Below are positions 26,123-38,100 of a stretch of DNA of 64,000 nt, piece after piece. The translations under genes were made by a program, and so were the position numbers. Position 1 is the first letter of the stretch, and every line of letters starts with the position of its first letter. Where the stretch lies: contig NC_045697.1 in NCBI RefSeq assembly GCF_009834535.1, positions 30,940,001 to 31,004,000 of the forward strand, in the 5' to 3' direction. Under the pieces are notes generated by a model. It had not been told where the DNA came from, made no database searches, and saw only the letters and a list, made by a program, of their open reading frames with translations. The DNA comes from Camelus ferus (Eukaryota).

Positions 26123-27766
26123 TTTTGCTGCTTTTCTGACTAACAGTAGCTTATAATCAATTCTCTCTCCATGATGAGTCACCAAATACTGACTCCTCAT
26201 GGGACACACGTGTAAGTTTCAGAGGAGACTTTGGGGGATGACACTGCACTTTGCCCTCATATGTGAGGTCCAGTCTGGTCCTTCTCCTTCCACTCCCCTT
26301 TGACTCTGGCCAAAATAAGCCATATTTCAGCCTCTTATTGGTTGGATTCTTTTGCAGGTGAGCTGAGCTCTGGAGTGGGGTTCTGCCAGGATAGCTCAAG
26401 CCCAGCTGCCCATCCTGTTGGTCGGTCACATGGCCTATGGGAAACTGCCATCATTTATGGGAGACTCTGGCATCATTGCTCGGGCTGTGATGAATAACTC
26501 TGTCCATGTCCTCAGGGACCTTGTGAGAATTTCTTTTGGACGTACACCCAGGTGCGGTATTTCTGGTCATATGGGACATATATTTATTTTGACTAGTGCC
26601 AAATTGCTCTTCAGAAGGTCTGCAGCCAGTCTGTATTTTCACCAGCAAAAGTTAAAGGTTTCTATCTGTCAGCATCTCTGCCAATGGCTAACATTATTCA
26701 GCTTTCCAATTTTTGCCAGTCTCCAATGACTTAATTTGCATTTCTGTAATTACCAGTTGTTTTGATCTGTCATCGATTTGTCAGCATCTTGGGTCTTCTT
26801 CTATGTATTGGATAGTCATATTTCTGACTCATTTTTCTATTTGGGTTGTTGTCAGTCACTATAGATTTGTAAGTGTTTCTGGTGTATTCTAAACATTAAT
26901 CCCTAGTTGACTTTACACTTTACAAATATCTTCTCCCATTCTGCCAGCTATATATTAACTTTATCCATAGTATCTTTTATTGACCAGAAATTCTTCATTT
27001 TTATGTGAATAACTTAGTCACTCTTTCTGTCCGTGCTTTCAAAGTTTTGTTTAAGCAATCCTTCCCTCTCCTCAGATCTGTAGCTACTCCACATTTTATT
27101 CTACCTACCTTCTAGTTTTATTCTTCATCTTTAGATATTTACTTCTTCCATAGTCTGCTTTGGTATATAAGGTTAAGTAGGGATTCACTTTTCCCAAACC
27201 ATTTTCCTAAATAATTCATTGTTTCCCCATGAATTAGTGGTGCTTTTATATCTTATATAAAAGTTGCCCATATACTTGGTTTGTCCCTGAGATGTCTACT
27301 GTGTTCCATTGTTCAGTATGACTGTTCTTGTGACGATATCTTAATTTTTTTATCATTATTATTTAAAAGTATGTATTCATATCTGGCAGCTTGTCCCTTT
27401 ATTTTCATCTTTTTAAGGTTTGGCATCCTATTAAATAATAGAATAAATATATTTAATTCTTTAAAAATCCAACCAGAAATGTGATTGGTATTATATTGAG
27501 TTTACAGAATAATTAGATAGAGTGAATATCTTTGTAATGTTGTCACCTCATCCAAGAGAATATGTCTATTTTATTTTATAAATAATTTAGTATGACCTTC
27601 ATTAGAGTTTTTATGTTTTCTCCGTAGAGTGTATTGTTGTGTGCTCATACTGTGTGTTCTTGGTTAAGTTAATTTCTAGATACTTTATAGTTTTTTCTTT
27701 TTTTTTTTTTGGTATTGTTAGATTTTCTAGTTGGTTATTGCTGGGGGTAAATTAGTGCTATTGATT

Positions 27767-27994
27767 ATTTAAAGCTTTTTAAAATCTGAAATACAGTTGA
27801 TTCACAATGTTGTGTTAGTTTCAGGTGCATAGCAAAGTGATTCAGTTATATACATATATATATATACAGATTCTTGTTTCAGATTCTTTTCCATTCTAGG
27901 TTATTGCAAGATATTGAATGAAGTTCCCTGTGCTATACGGGAGGACCTAGTTGCTAATCTATTTTATATATAGTAGTGTGTATCTGCTAATCTC
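27767..27994 (-). mobile_element. L1 3'UTR portion of the U6/L1 chimera
   Basis: Same L1 3' terminal motifs as 7655-8282 and 40140-40388 (ACAATGTTGTGTTAGTTTCAGGTG, GTTCCCTGTGCTATAC, TATATAGTAGTGTGTATCTGCTAATC); abuts the U6 T tract directly. Confidence 0.9.
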
Positions 27995-28099
27995 AAAAAA
28001 TATGGAACGCTTTGTGAACTCACACGTCATTCTTACGCAGAGGCCATGTTAATCTCTGTGCTGTTCCACTTGTACTATGTGTGCTGCTGAAGCGAGCAC
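27995..28099 (-). pseudogene. RNU6: Full-length U6 snRNA processed pseudogene
   Basis: Reverse strand GTGCTCGCTTCAGCAGCACACATAGTACAAGTGGAACAGCACAGAGATTAACATGGCCTCTGCGTAAGAATGACGTGTGAGTTCACAAAGCGTTCCATATTTTTT aligns end to end with U6. It has many substitutions, a 3-nt deletion after the ACAGAGA box and AGC changed to AAC. Confidence 0.95.
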
Positions 28100-29042
28100 A
28101 GTGCTATTGATTTTGTAAAGTTGTTATATCCAGCTAAGTTTCTGAATTTTCTAATTGCTTATGTGGTGATAATTATGTGGTTTTATTAGGAGAGGATAAC
28201 ACCAATTGCAAATAGTGATCATTTTTTTCTTTTTCTTAATTATTTTAATTAATAAGACCTATTAGTATTGGTAAGACTTCTAGTACTATATCAACCAGTT
28301 GTGATATTGGGTATTGTCCCATAATTTGGAGGATATGTTATCTGTTTTTCCACTAAATATAGTGTTTGCTCTAAGGTTTTGGCATATGTTTATCAGTGCA
28401 AGGAGTTTCTCTTACAGTCTTAACTTGCTAAGATTTTTGAAAAAATAAATAGTTCCTGAACTTTATTAAAGTCTCTTTGCATCATTTAAATAATGATATG
28501 ATTTTTTTTTCCCACTCTGCTAATAAGATAAATGGCATTGATGAGTTTCATCAAGTGTAACTATTTTTGCACTTCTGGGGTTAACCTTATTTGAGCATGA
28601 TGTGAACTTTTTGTTTTATTTCAAATGAACTGTTGGATTCAGCTAGCTAGCTGTATGACCTTGGGTAAGCCACATAACCCTTCTATGCCTAAATTCCTTA
28701 TCAGTAAAGTAGAGATAATAGTAAAAGAGTTGTCTTTGAATTACATATGTTCAGGTTACATATTGCAATTACACATGCTTAGACAAGTGCCTGACATAAT
28801 AAAATCTATGTAAATGCTTATAACACAGTTTATTTTTGTAATTAGTTAAATGAGCTTCTAATTTTTCTTGTCTACTGTCTGATTTTGATAGCAAAGTGAT
28901 ACTTTGAGCAACCCCCAAAGTGAATTGAGCACCTTCGGGCTTTTTCAAAGCAAGCACATTTAAATGAACAGAGTGCTTACCGATTTGGTTCTAGAAGGTT
29001 TTTTTATCTCTCTTTTTTTCAAAAGACAATAATAAATATTGC

Positions 29043-29497
29043 AATATTAGTTTCCCAGGGCTGCAGTAACAAATTTCCACAATCTGCATCTCTTAAGACA
29101 ACAGAAGTCGATTCTTTCATAGTTCTAGATGCTAGAAGTCTGAAATCAAGATGCCAGAGGACCATGCTCCTTCTGAAGGCACTAGAGAAGGATCCTTCCT
29201 TGCCTCTCTTTTAGGTTCTGGCAGTTTCGGACCATCCTGGCATTCTTGGCTTTTAGCTGCATCACTCTGACCTCTGCCTTTTTCTCCACATGGCCCTCAT
29301 CCTGTGTGGCTGTGCCTCCATGTCTCCTCTGCTCTTTTGTAAGGACACCAGTCATATTGGATTTAGGGTCCACCCTCGTGCAGTATGACTTCATCTTAAA
29401 TAATCATATCCGCAAAGATCTTATTTCCAAATACGATCACATTGTGAGGTTCTCGGTGGACATGAATTTTTGGGAGGAAACTATTCAACCTAGTACA
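29043..29497 (-). mobile_element. MLT1B/C solo LTR
   Basis: ATTAGTTTCCCAGGGCTGCAGTAACAAA...AAGGACACCAGTCATATTGGATTTAGGG...CTATTCAACCTAGTACA; near-TSD ATTGC/ATTAC. Confidence 0.85.
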
Positions 29498-29599
29498 ATT
29501 ACCAGAAGATTTCACCCCCCTGAAATACAGATTTCAGATTCTGTATCTCCTGAAGCAGCACATCCTGGGACTCCACCCTTAATCTTGCTATTATTTCCT

Positions 29600-31500
29600 T
29601 TGAGAGTGTTTTTACTATGGATCTTACTGTGATAAACCATCTGAGATCTTCAGCGCCCAAGAATATGTTTTATTATGCTCTCATGTTTGATTCGTAGTTT
29701 GCTTGGATGGAAAATTCTAAGAGGAAAGCTCTTTTCCTTTATTACCTTCAAAATTGTGCTGACTTTTTACATTCAGTGTGTGGTTGAGAAGGCAGATGCC
29801 CATCTAATTCTTTTTTCTTTTTTGTAGGGAATCCATTCTTTTTCTTCGTAAATTTTTATTATTTTCTCTTAACAAGTCTTGATATCCTTTAGTTTGATAG
29901 TAATATACTAATACTCAGATTTTTCCTTATGTCTCCTGTTTAGTACCTATGAGTTTAGAAGCCTTTCTGTCTGAGATCTCTTTCTTTAATTCTGGCAATT
30001 TTATCTTTAGTATTTTTTCAAATGTTAACTTTTTTGCATTTTTTTCTACTTCTGGAACTCTATTACCTACATGTGACCATACATATATAGATGTTACACA
30101 CACACATATCTGTAATCCTTTTATACTTTTTTGCTGCCTTCTGAGAGAGTCCATACTTTTTTGGGTAAAACTTACTAGTTTATTCTTCAAATCATTTATC
30201 CTGGTAACTAACTTATTTATTGTGCTCTTTATTTCAGCCATTATATTTTTCATATCTAACATTTCTGTTCATTTCTTCATCATAATTTCTCATCACTGCT
30301 GCATGTTGCTAATATCTTCTCTATCTTCTTAGGCTTATGTTGAATTTTTTTGCCCATTTTTCCAATAATTCTGCTTCACTTATGTGATTCAGTTTATTGT
30401 TTTCTTTAGCAATGCTTGCAGTGCTCAGGTGTGTTTTTCCTGATTTGCTTGTTTTTGTCTTTTGGCTCATGGAATCGTACTTCCTCGGGTCTAGCAATGT
30501 GCGCGGGGAAGGGTCGAAGACTAAGCCCTGATCGCTGACCGTCTTGGTGAGCTGAAGGAGAGGGGAGAATATGATCTCCAGATACAGAAAACTATGGCTG
30601 CTATCACTCCGATTTGCTATCACTTCACCAAGCAACTCAGAGTTTCACCTTTAAATTAATTAAGAGACATTATGCTAAATGAGATCAGTGAAATGGTGGT
30701 TACCAGGAGATGGGGGTACGGGGATAGGATAGATGTTGTTTAAGGATTTAAACTTACAACATGTAGGAAATACGTCCTAGAGATCTAACGCACAGTATGG
30801 TAAATAGAGCCAACAAGGTTGTATTATAATCACCAAACTTACTAAGGCACTACATCTTAATTATTCCAACAATGAAAGAGAAATGATAATTATGTGATGG
30901 AAGTACTAATTATCACTATCGTGCTGTACACCTTAAAGTTATGCAATGTTATATGTCAAATATATTTTGATAAAATATTAGGTCTAAAAAGATAAAATAG
31001 ATACAATAACAAGTTATAAAAAAAACAAAGAGAAGTGGCTTTGGAAGAAAGCTACCAGTTTAGGGGTTTGAGGGAACGGGAGGTTGGAGAGCGGGTTTTC
31101 CAGTTTGTCCAGGGAGCTCACATATTTTGATCTGCTCTTCACCTTAGCAGAGATTTTGCAATGCCTTCATCAGGGCGACTTGAACTCATACTGCTGATTT
31201 CTGAAAGGCCAGGCTACGATCATCCCAGACTAATGTGGAGAGAGGAAAGAGCCGACCTGGAAGGTTTTCTTCCCTTATGACTGGTTTTGGCTCTCGTTGG
31301 CCCCAGGCTGCAGTCAGTCTTCTACCTCCTACACCTAATCCAGTTAGAGAAAGCATCTGGTCCCCAGTGTTTCAGGAGTCTGTGTTCTGAGTGTGCATTA
31401 GTTCCTGTAACCCATGCTCCCCTCCTGCTTCTGTGTTGCTCCAGGACTAGGTAGAGGAACCCAGTATTCCATGTTATTTTGCCGTCTATCCTGGAACTAG
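29600..31500 (-). mobile_element. HAL1/L1 ORF1-region remnant, interrupted by an L1MA-like 3'UTR (~30665-31025, + strand)
   Basis: ORF 29927-30262 (DMKNIMAEIKSTINKLVTRINDLKNK...VPEVEK...FEKILKIKLPELKK) resembles the L1 ORF1p coiled coil/RRM start. The insert has ATTATGCTAAATGAGAT, GTGGTTACCAGG and GCTGTACACCTTAAAGTTATGCAATGTTATATGTCAA. Confidence 0.65.
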
Positions 31501-32489
31501 GAGACCATGATCACACTCTCATTTTAGTAATGTGTTAATTTGACTTAGTAGTCCTGATATGCCCTGGAGCATTTCAACTCAGAGAAGAACTTTCTATCTT
31601 TGGTACATTCTCAATGTTGTGACAGAAGGACACAGTCACAGCTGATTGCTCCGCTGGGCTTTGACTGGAGGCCTTGTTATTAACTAGCCTCGAGTAAAAT
31701 TTTAGAAGAAAAGGGTATTTTTCACATCGGCCTTTGAGACGTGGCGCTGCAGGAAGCGGCATATACTTGTCCCTTCACTTGACAGAGAACACAAAGTACT
31801 TCGGATTGTTCACGGCTCCCTCAATGCATTTCAGCAAAAGAAAAGCTGACATTTTAAATTTATTGCCAGTCCTAGAGAGGACCGTACCAAATTCTTCACT
31901 CAGCTCAAATGTATCCACTGAGCTACCATTAATTACATTAGTTATGTAAGTAGACACCAAAGTGATCAGTCATTAAGTGAAATTAAAGCATCCTTTTGAA
32001 TTTCTTTCATTCTATTGTATGTGGTGTAGACCTTATGAGTATATATAAAATATTGGTCATCATAGCCACTAGCAGGTATCAGATAAAACCAAGACATTAT
32101 TTCTCAAAGGGTTGTAATACAAGTGATATAATGCAGTTGCATTTCACGTTAGCCTAATCTGTCATAAGTAGAGATATTGGAGTGTTTTATTTCATATAAT
32201 CACCATTATTTTTGATATCAAGGACTCCATTTCCTATTTTGGGTGCTTTATGATTCTCTTGGGTCACTGCAAAGGGGAGTGTGTCCAAATGAAGCAGTTG
32301 AAATTAGGTTTACCAAGTCCAGCTCCAGATGGACATCACTTCTGCCTGCGATTGTTAAATGTGAAATTTGATCATTAAATGACTTATTGTCACCACTGAA
32401 CACCCTCTGACTGGATGACAAGAAGAACAGCTAACCGGGATCCTCAACAAAGGTGACATTAAAATGTTCTCCTAAACTTACTAACTTAG

Positions 32490-34380
32490 TAGCACAACAG
32501 ATGGTTATTGAGCACCTTCTAGGGGTTGGGCTCTTTCCTGGACTCAAGGAGGATACTACAGGGAATAAGCTAAATCAAGCTCTTCTCTCATTATTAACAA
32601 GGAGACAAACATGAACAAAGTGTGGATAAGTGATCAGTTCTATAAACATGCTAACAGGGTGGGATGATAGTGATTGGGGAGCTCCTTTAGCTCATGGTGG
32701 GGGTGGGGATCAAAGTGACATCTGAGCTGACACCAGACTGACATGCAAAGATTTGGAGACGGAGCATCCCAGACGGAAGGCAGAGCAAGTACAGAGGCTC
32801 AAAGGCATGTGTCTTCAGGAAGAGAACGAGGGTCAGCGTGGATTGAACTAGGCGCTGGAAGGAGAGAGAAGTATGCAGTAAGACTGCAGATGTAGGTAGG
32901 AGCCCGTTCATTTGGGGCTTATGGACCCTGGCCAGGAGCTTGGATATTATTCTAAGGGTAATGGGAAGCACCTTCAATCCAGTAGCAGTCTGGTCATCTA
33001 TGCCTTTAACATATATTCAAAATATGACAACTGCTCACCATTTCACCAACACTTTCACTTCTTTTAACCAGGAAAATGGCAGGATCAAATTAAACTAAAA
33101 CAAGCAAACAGAACTCTGTTGTGTGCAGAATGGTTCAGTGGTTTGTGGAGAGGCAGGTGTAGAATAGGGATATCAGTTAGGAGGTTATTTTATGGTCCAG
33201 CTGGGAGATAATATTGGCTTGGCTTAAGTAACAGTGATGGAGTTTGTGAAAAATGAACACATTTGGGGTATACTTTGAAGGGGTAGGTTGACAGGGCTGC
33301 TGTTGGATTGGATATGGGAAATGAGTGAAAGGAATAAAATAGCTTCTAGATTTTGGAATGCGCAGTTAGGTGAATGGTGGAAGAACTTACTGAGGTGTAA
33401 GGACTGGAGGAAGAACAGGTTCGGGGTGGAGAGAGCAAGAGTTTTGTTCAGAGATACAATTTAAACATTCTAGTGTGTTGTCAAGAAAGCAGTAGAATAT
33501 ACAAGTCTGGACACCATTGACTTGAGAGCATATATGTGGTATTTAAAGCCATCTGAATAAATGATATAACCTAGGGAGAGACTGTAGATAGGTTGGAGAA
33601 GACAGCGTGGGGACCAAACCCTTGGCAACTCCAATATTTGAAAGCTGAGCAGAAGAGGAGGCACTTGCGGATGAAACTAAGAAGGAGCATCCAGTGAGGT
33701 AAAAGAAAACCAGAAGAATGTTATGATCCAGACCCCAAAAGAGGACGGTGCTTTAAGAATAAAAGAATAGTCAACTGTGCCACATAATCCTGAGCATTCG
33801 TACAAGCGATGACCCAGAAGTAACCACTGGATTTGGTAAGATGCAGAAAGTTACTGCCTTCGATAAGAGTAAGTGGAAGAGGATGAAAGGTGAGAAAGAG
33901 GTGCTAGCAACTGAAGAGAAATCTCACGAGGAGTTTGCCGTAAATGGAACATTTATTAGGTGAGGGTTTCTTTTGCGTGCGTGTGTGTGTGTGTGCGCAT
34001 TCCTTTTAAAGGAAGGGACTAGCAGAGCATATCTGAGGATAATCCAGCAGGAAGAGGTTGTAGTTGCAGGAACAGGGTCTTTGAGAGGCAAGCAGGAATG
34101 GAAGTCAGAAGAGCTGGCCTTGGTGCTGGCAGGAAGAGCTTGTTCACTGTAACAAGAAAAGGCAGTGTAGGTAGCGATGCAGGTCGCAGTTAGATTTGGT
34201 GGAAAACTAATGGCATTTCCTTCTGGTGGTTTCTTTGTTCTCAGTGAAATATGAGGCAAGCTGAGAATGAGGAGTGGGAGAATGCGCTGGAGGTTGGAGG
34301 AGAGGAGTGATGTAGTGAATGAAGTAGGGGAACCCAGTAGGATTATCAGGCAGTGTTGAGTGCCCATTTAAGATCTGTGG
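32490..34380 (-). mobile_element. L2 LINE fragments
   Basis: TTATTGAGCACCTTCT start, GGAGCTTGGATATTATTCTAAGGGTAATGGGAAGCA, ATTTAAAGCCAT...GATATAACCTAGGGAGAG. Confidence 0.75.
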
Positions 34381-34429
34381 TATTGACTCTTAAGCGGGAT
34401 TATGCAACATGGCTCGAACTAGAGTTAAA

Positions 34430-35508
34430 CTCTGAGTAAAGGGGCGCCTGCCTTGGGTCTTCCCCCTTAGAGGACCCTGTTCTGGCCTTTTCTGGCTGTG
34501 ATCCATCATGGAATAAAGAGTCTATAAGCTTGAGGGGACATGGCCACCAGGAGCCTGCACCTTCCCCTATCTGTGTAGATTATTGCTGGGCTGCACCCTG
34601 CAGACCTACAAGCCTGTACTTGCCCCTTCTTGAGACTGGAGAAAAGCCCAGAGTCAGTGACAGAGACAATAGTTTAATGGGTAGGGGGACCTTACATGTC
34701 TGAAGCAAGGTCCTGGAGAGACTCTCCATTGTGTGTGATAGACCGTGGGCAGGACATGGCGGCAGGCTTCACTCCCAGGAAGAGGGGGAGGTTAGCAGTT
34801 ATAGGGGGAATTGACGTCAGGTTGGCTCATCGGTTACCAGGGAAACCAGCAGAGGGGCATCTCCTTAATGCCCCTTTGATGAGAACAGTCACCAGCTGGG
34901 GCCTGGGGCAAGTATGCAGGAAAGTAATTCAGGTGAGTTGGGTGTAGGGGAAGCAGGCACTGTTCGAGCAGGGGATGTACAGAGAGCAAGAGAACAGCCA
35001 TCTTCGGTGGTGTGACCGTACAATGCTATTCTGTATATTTGGGATCTTGGCATCTAAAAGACCCTGACCCTATTTCCAGAGACCCACATGGGACTCTTTT
35101 CTTACTCCTTAGAGTGGGCTGTGCTGCAGGTGTGCCTACAGTCCCCTGCTTTCAGTGGTGTGATAGAACTTGAATGCATATGCTGGGATGTCCGTGTGTG
35201 GGTGGAAGGCTCCTCACAGTGTCAGGTGCAGCTGTGGGTGAGATGGGGAGGGTCTGGGATGTGGGTTGAGGGCCAGGGGCTGGCTCTCTCTGTGCCATTA
35301 CATTTCTGTCAGCGTGGAACTCAGAGGTATCTGAGAATTCTAAATTTGCACTTGGATTTCTAGGTAATTATGAGTATATTTGTCAAAGTAGGCGGATAGA
35401 ACACAACTTTATTTAACAATTTGTTAGCTTGACCTAAGTTTTAAGTATTTAGACATGTGGTGTGTGCCTCCTTTTGCCTCAGCCTCTGCTGTTAGGGGCC
35501 CCGCCTGT
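34430..35508 (+). mobile_element. MER115/Zaphod-like hAT-Tip100 element split by an LTR
   Basis: 3' end TGAGAATTCTAAATTTG...TTTATTTAACAATTTGTTAGCTTG...TGTTAGGGGCCCCGCCTG resembles MER115/Zaphod. Confidence 0.65.
34615..35022 (-). mobile_element. Solo LTR (family uncertain) nested in the MER115-like element
   Basis: TGTAC...GTACA inverted termini; ATTAAA on the minus strand at ~34673-34678; imperfect flanks AAGCC/ATGCT. Confidence 0.7.
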
Positions 35509-35512
35509 ATAA

Positions 35513-35720
35513 CAGTGTTGCCCACTAGAACTTTGTGCAATCATGGAAAAGTTTCCATGCGGTCCAGTACAGCTAGGGAACCCCTCGCTGCGTGTGGCTA
35601 CTGAGCGTTTGAAATATAGTTAGTGAGACTGAGGAGCTGAACTCTTCATCCTACTTGATTTAAATTAATTTAAACTTTAATACCCCCATGTACCTAGTGG
35701 CCACCATTTTGAATGGCTCA
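35513..35720 (+). mobile_element. MER3-like hAT-Charlie MITE
   Basis: CAGTGTTGCCCACTAGAACTTT...GTGTGGCTACTGAGCGTTTGAAAT...GTGAGACTGAGGAGCTGAA...CTAGTGGCCACCATTTTG. Confidence 0.75.
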
Positions 35721-36074
35721 TTTCTGTTCCCATGCAGCTTTCTGATGTCGGAGACCAGCTGTGTTCAGTTCTCTCTCAAAAGTGACCCTGTTTCTCTGCA
35801 CATGCTCCCCCAGGTCTGGTCAGGTTTAAAGATCTACTGGCCTCCACCAGGGTTACACCTTGTTCTTTTCCATCTTGCAATCCTTTCTTAGTCCAGAGGA
35901 ACTCATTCAGTCTCCCCAGAGGCTGGGTGATTTGAAGTCTCATTCTGTTCTAGTATCTTGTTATAGAATCAACTACACACTACTTCCCTGAGGACTTTCC
36001 CTTTTGAAGTTCAAGAGCTTTTTTTTTTTTTTTTTTTTTTGGTCTCAACAAAATAAAACTCTTGCAAATCAGCA

Positions 36075-36140
36075 GCTTTGACTTTCAAAACTCTTGCTTC
36101 TGATGAGGACTTCAGAAGCAAGAGTTTTGAAAGTCAAAGC
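36075..36140. repeat. Perfect inverted repeat, 29-bp arms, 8-nt loop
   Basis: GCTTTGACTTTCAAAACTCTTGCTTCTGA (36075-36103) - TGAGGACT - TCAGAAGCAAGAGTTTTGAAAGTCAAAGC (36112-36140), checked base by base. Confidence 0.97.
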
Positions 36141-36679
36141 CATTTTTGAATTTCAAAAAAACCCCTAAACCCCTCAACACTGACTGTTTCTTCCTTTTTT
36201 GCTTTCCTGTCATAACATTTTTAAGTGTTCTCAAGGTTAGAATTCCTCTCACCATCTTCACAGAGATTCATATGTACTTTCTGTAAAGAAAAGTATAAAA
36301 ATTAATATTTCATGATAAATTATTACAAAGGGAAAGCAACAGAACTGCTTTTGTGTGTCTGTACAAGCCACCATGCCACTGATCTATGGATGCCCATCAC
36401 GGTGGTCAGAGAGCGAAGCTGAGGCTACATCATTGGAGATGGGGACACATGGATGTGTTCACTTACATTCCATATGGACCTCCACTGTCAGCAGTTACTG
36501 GCAGATGCACTCTTCTCCCATGATGAAGCTTAGGAGCTCACTGAAAATAGCATGAGACCTAAGGAAATAAGTGAAGATTGCTTTAATTCCTCCAACCTTG
36601 AGTCTGAACTGCTCAGACCATGTGCCCCAGGATCCCAGAATTTTTACAGTTCCTCTCATTCTCTTACTGCCTGAACCTT

Positions 36680-38100
36680 AAAGCACTTACAGTCTATTTG
36701 GGGAGACAGACGCTAAATAATAAACACACAAAAATATGATTATAAATTGTCCCAGGCATCATGAATGGAAGGAAAGAGTGCTGTCAGAATCATAGAGCTT
36801 TAGAGGAGAGGCTTACTGTGAAGTGAACACTGAGTAGGGCTTGGACAGGCAAAGAGTGGGAGGAAGAAAATTCAAGGCAAGGGCCCTGAGGAAGCAGAGG
36901 GCCTGGTGTGTTAAGGAAGAGAAAGAAGCCTGGCTTGCTGCCGGCAGACTGAGTGATGAGAGAATGATGTGCTTGGTGACCTTGGAAAGGTGGGCAAGGG
37001 CCCAGGACCTGATTAGAAGTTGGGCTGCAATGCTAGGTGCAGTGGAGAAACCACTGAAGGGTGTTATGGTAGAGGTAGGGTTTTAACAGGGTCAGATTTA
37101 CATTTTACAAAGATTACTCTGTGCAGAGAAAAGGATGAGGGAGTGGGGGCCAGAGGGAAGGAGGTGAGAGACCACTTAGGAGAGGACTGAAGGAATAGAG
37201 CCAGAGAGAGTCAGGTGTTGGACCAGGATGCTGGCAATAAAAACTGAGAGAACTGGACACATTCATGACATATTTAAGGGCAGAGTTTTAAACCTTAACC
37301 CTACTGACATTTTGAGCTCTGTGATTCTTTGTCGTAGGGCTTTCCTGGTCACTGTAGGATACTTAGCAGTATTCCTGGCCTTTTTGTCTGCTAGCAGTAC
37401 TCCCTGCTCCCCATCTTCACCTCCGCCCCCATTGTGGAAACCAGAAATGTCAGGCAAAGCAGGGATCCCTTGCCAAGTATCTGTTAGGTGGTAAGAATCT
37501 CCCCAGCTGACAGCCAGTATTTTAGAGGGACACTTCACAGGAATGGACAAAGGATTGGATATGTGGATGGGAGGGACCACGAATGACATTCATTTGAGCA
37601 AGCAAGTAGATGGATGTGTGGGTTATGGAACTGCAGTGACTTCAGGGGGAGAATATAAGGAGGTGTATGTATAAATATTAGGAGTTCACTTTAGGCGTGG
37701 TAAATCTAGGTGCTTGGAAGACTTCAAGGGAAGTCAAGGAGAGAGATTTTGGCCTGGAGATATGAAGAGCTATGGGGTTGTATGTGATCAGTGAATGCAA
37801 TGGGAACCAAAGGGGCTGGGGACTGAACAGAGAGGAAATCCGACACTTACAAAGAATAGGAGGTCATGTTATAAGAAAGGGGAAAAAAACCCAGTAGGTT
37901 TCAAGAAGTAGGTAGTAGACTATATTGAATGTGGCTGAGAGTTCTAGTTGTATGAGGTTTGAAAAGTGTCCACTGGAGTTGGCAAAATGAAAGTACTTGT
38001 AGGGGCGCAGTTAGCTGGAAGATGTGAAATCAGGTGGGCCTTTGTGAAAGAAGGCATGTTAGTAAACGTGAACACGTGCTGCTGGAAAATCTGGTAGAGA
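36680..38100 (-). mobile_element. L2 LINE fragments containing a MER20 (~37281-37520)
   Basis: L2 motif GGTCAGATTTACATTTTACAAAGATTACTCTG; MER20 motifs CTACTGACATTTTG..., GTAGGATACTTAGCAGTATTCCTGGCC, AACCAGAAATGTC. Confidence 0.7.

Larger units (their letters stand above)
26430..28620 (-). mobile_element. Ancient degenerate L1 (L1M-type) ORF2 region, host of the U6/L1 chimera
   Basis: Antisense L1 motifs, e.g. TTAATTTGCATTTCT, TACAAATATCTTCTCCCATTCTG, TTTCCACTAAATATAGTGTTTGCT, TTCTGGGGTTAACCTTATTTGAGCATGATG. Confidence 0.7.

Noticed and set aside
27995..28099. Functional U6 snRNA gene
   Set aside because: Many substitutions, a deletion next to the ACAGAGA box, a mutated AGC triad, TSDs and no PSE/TATA promoter.
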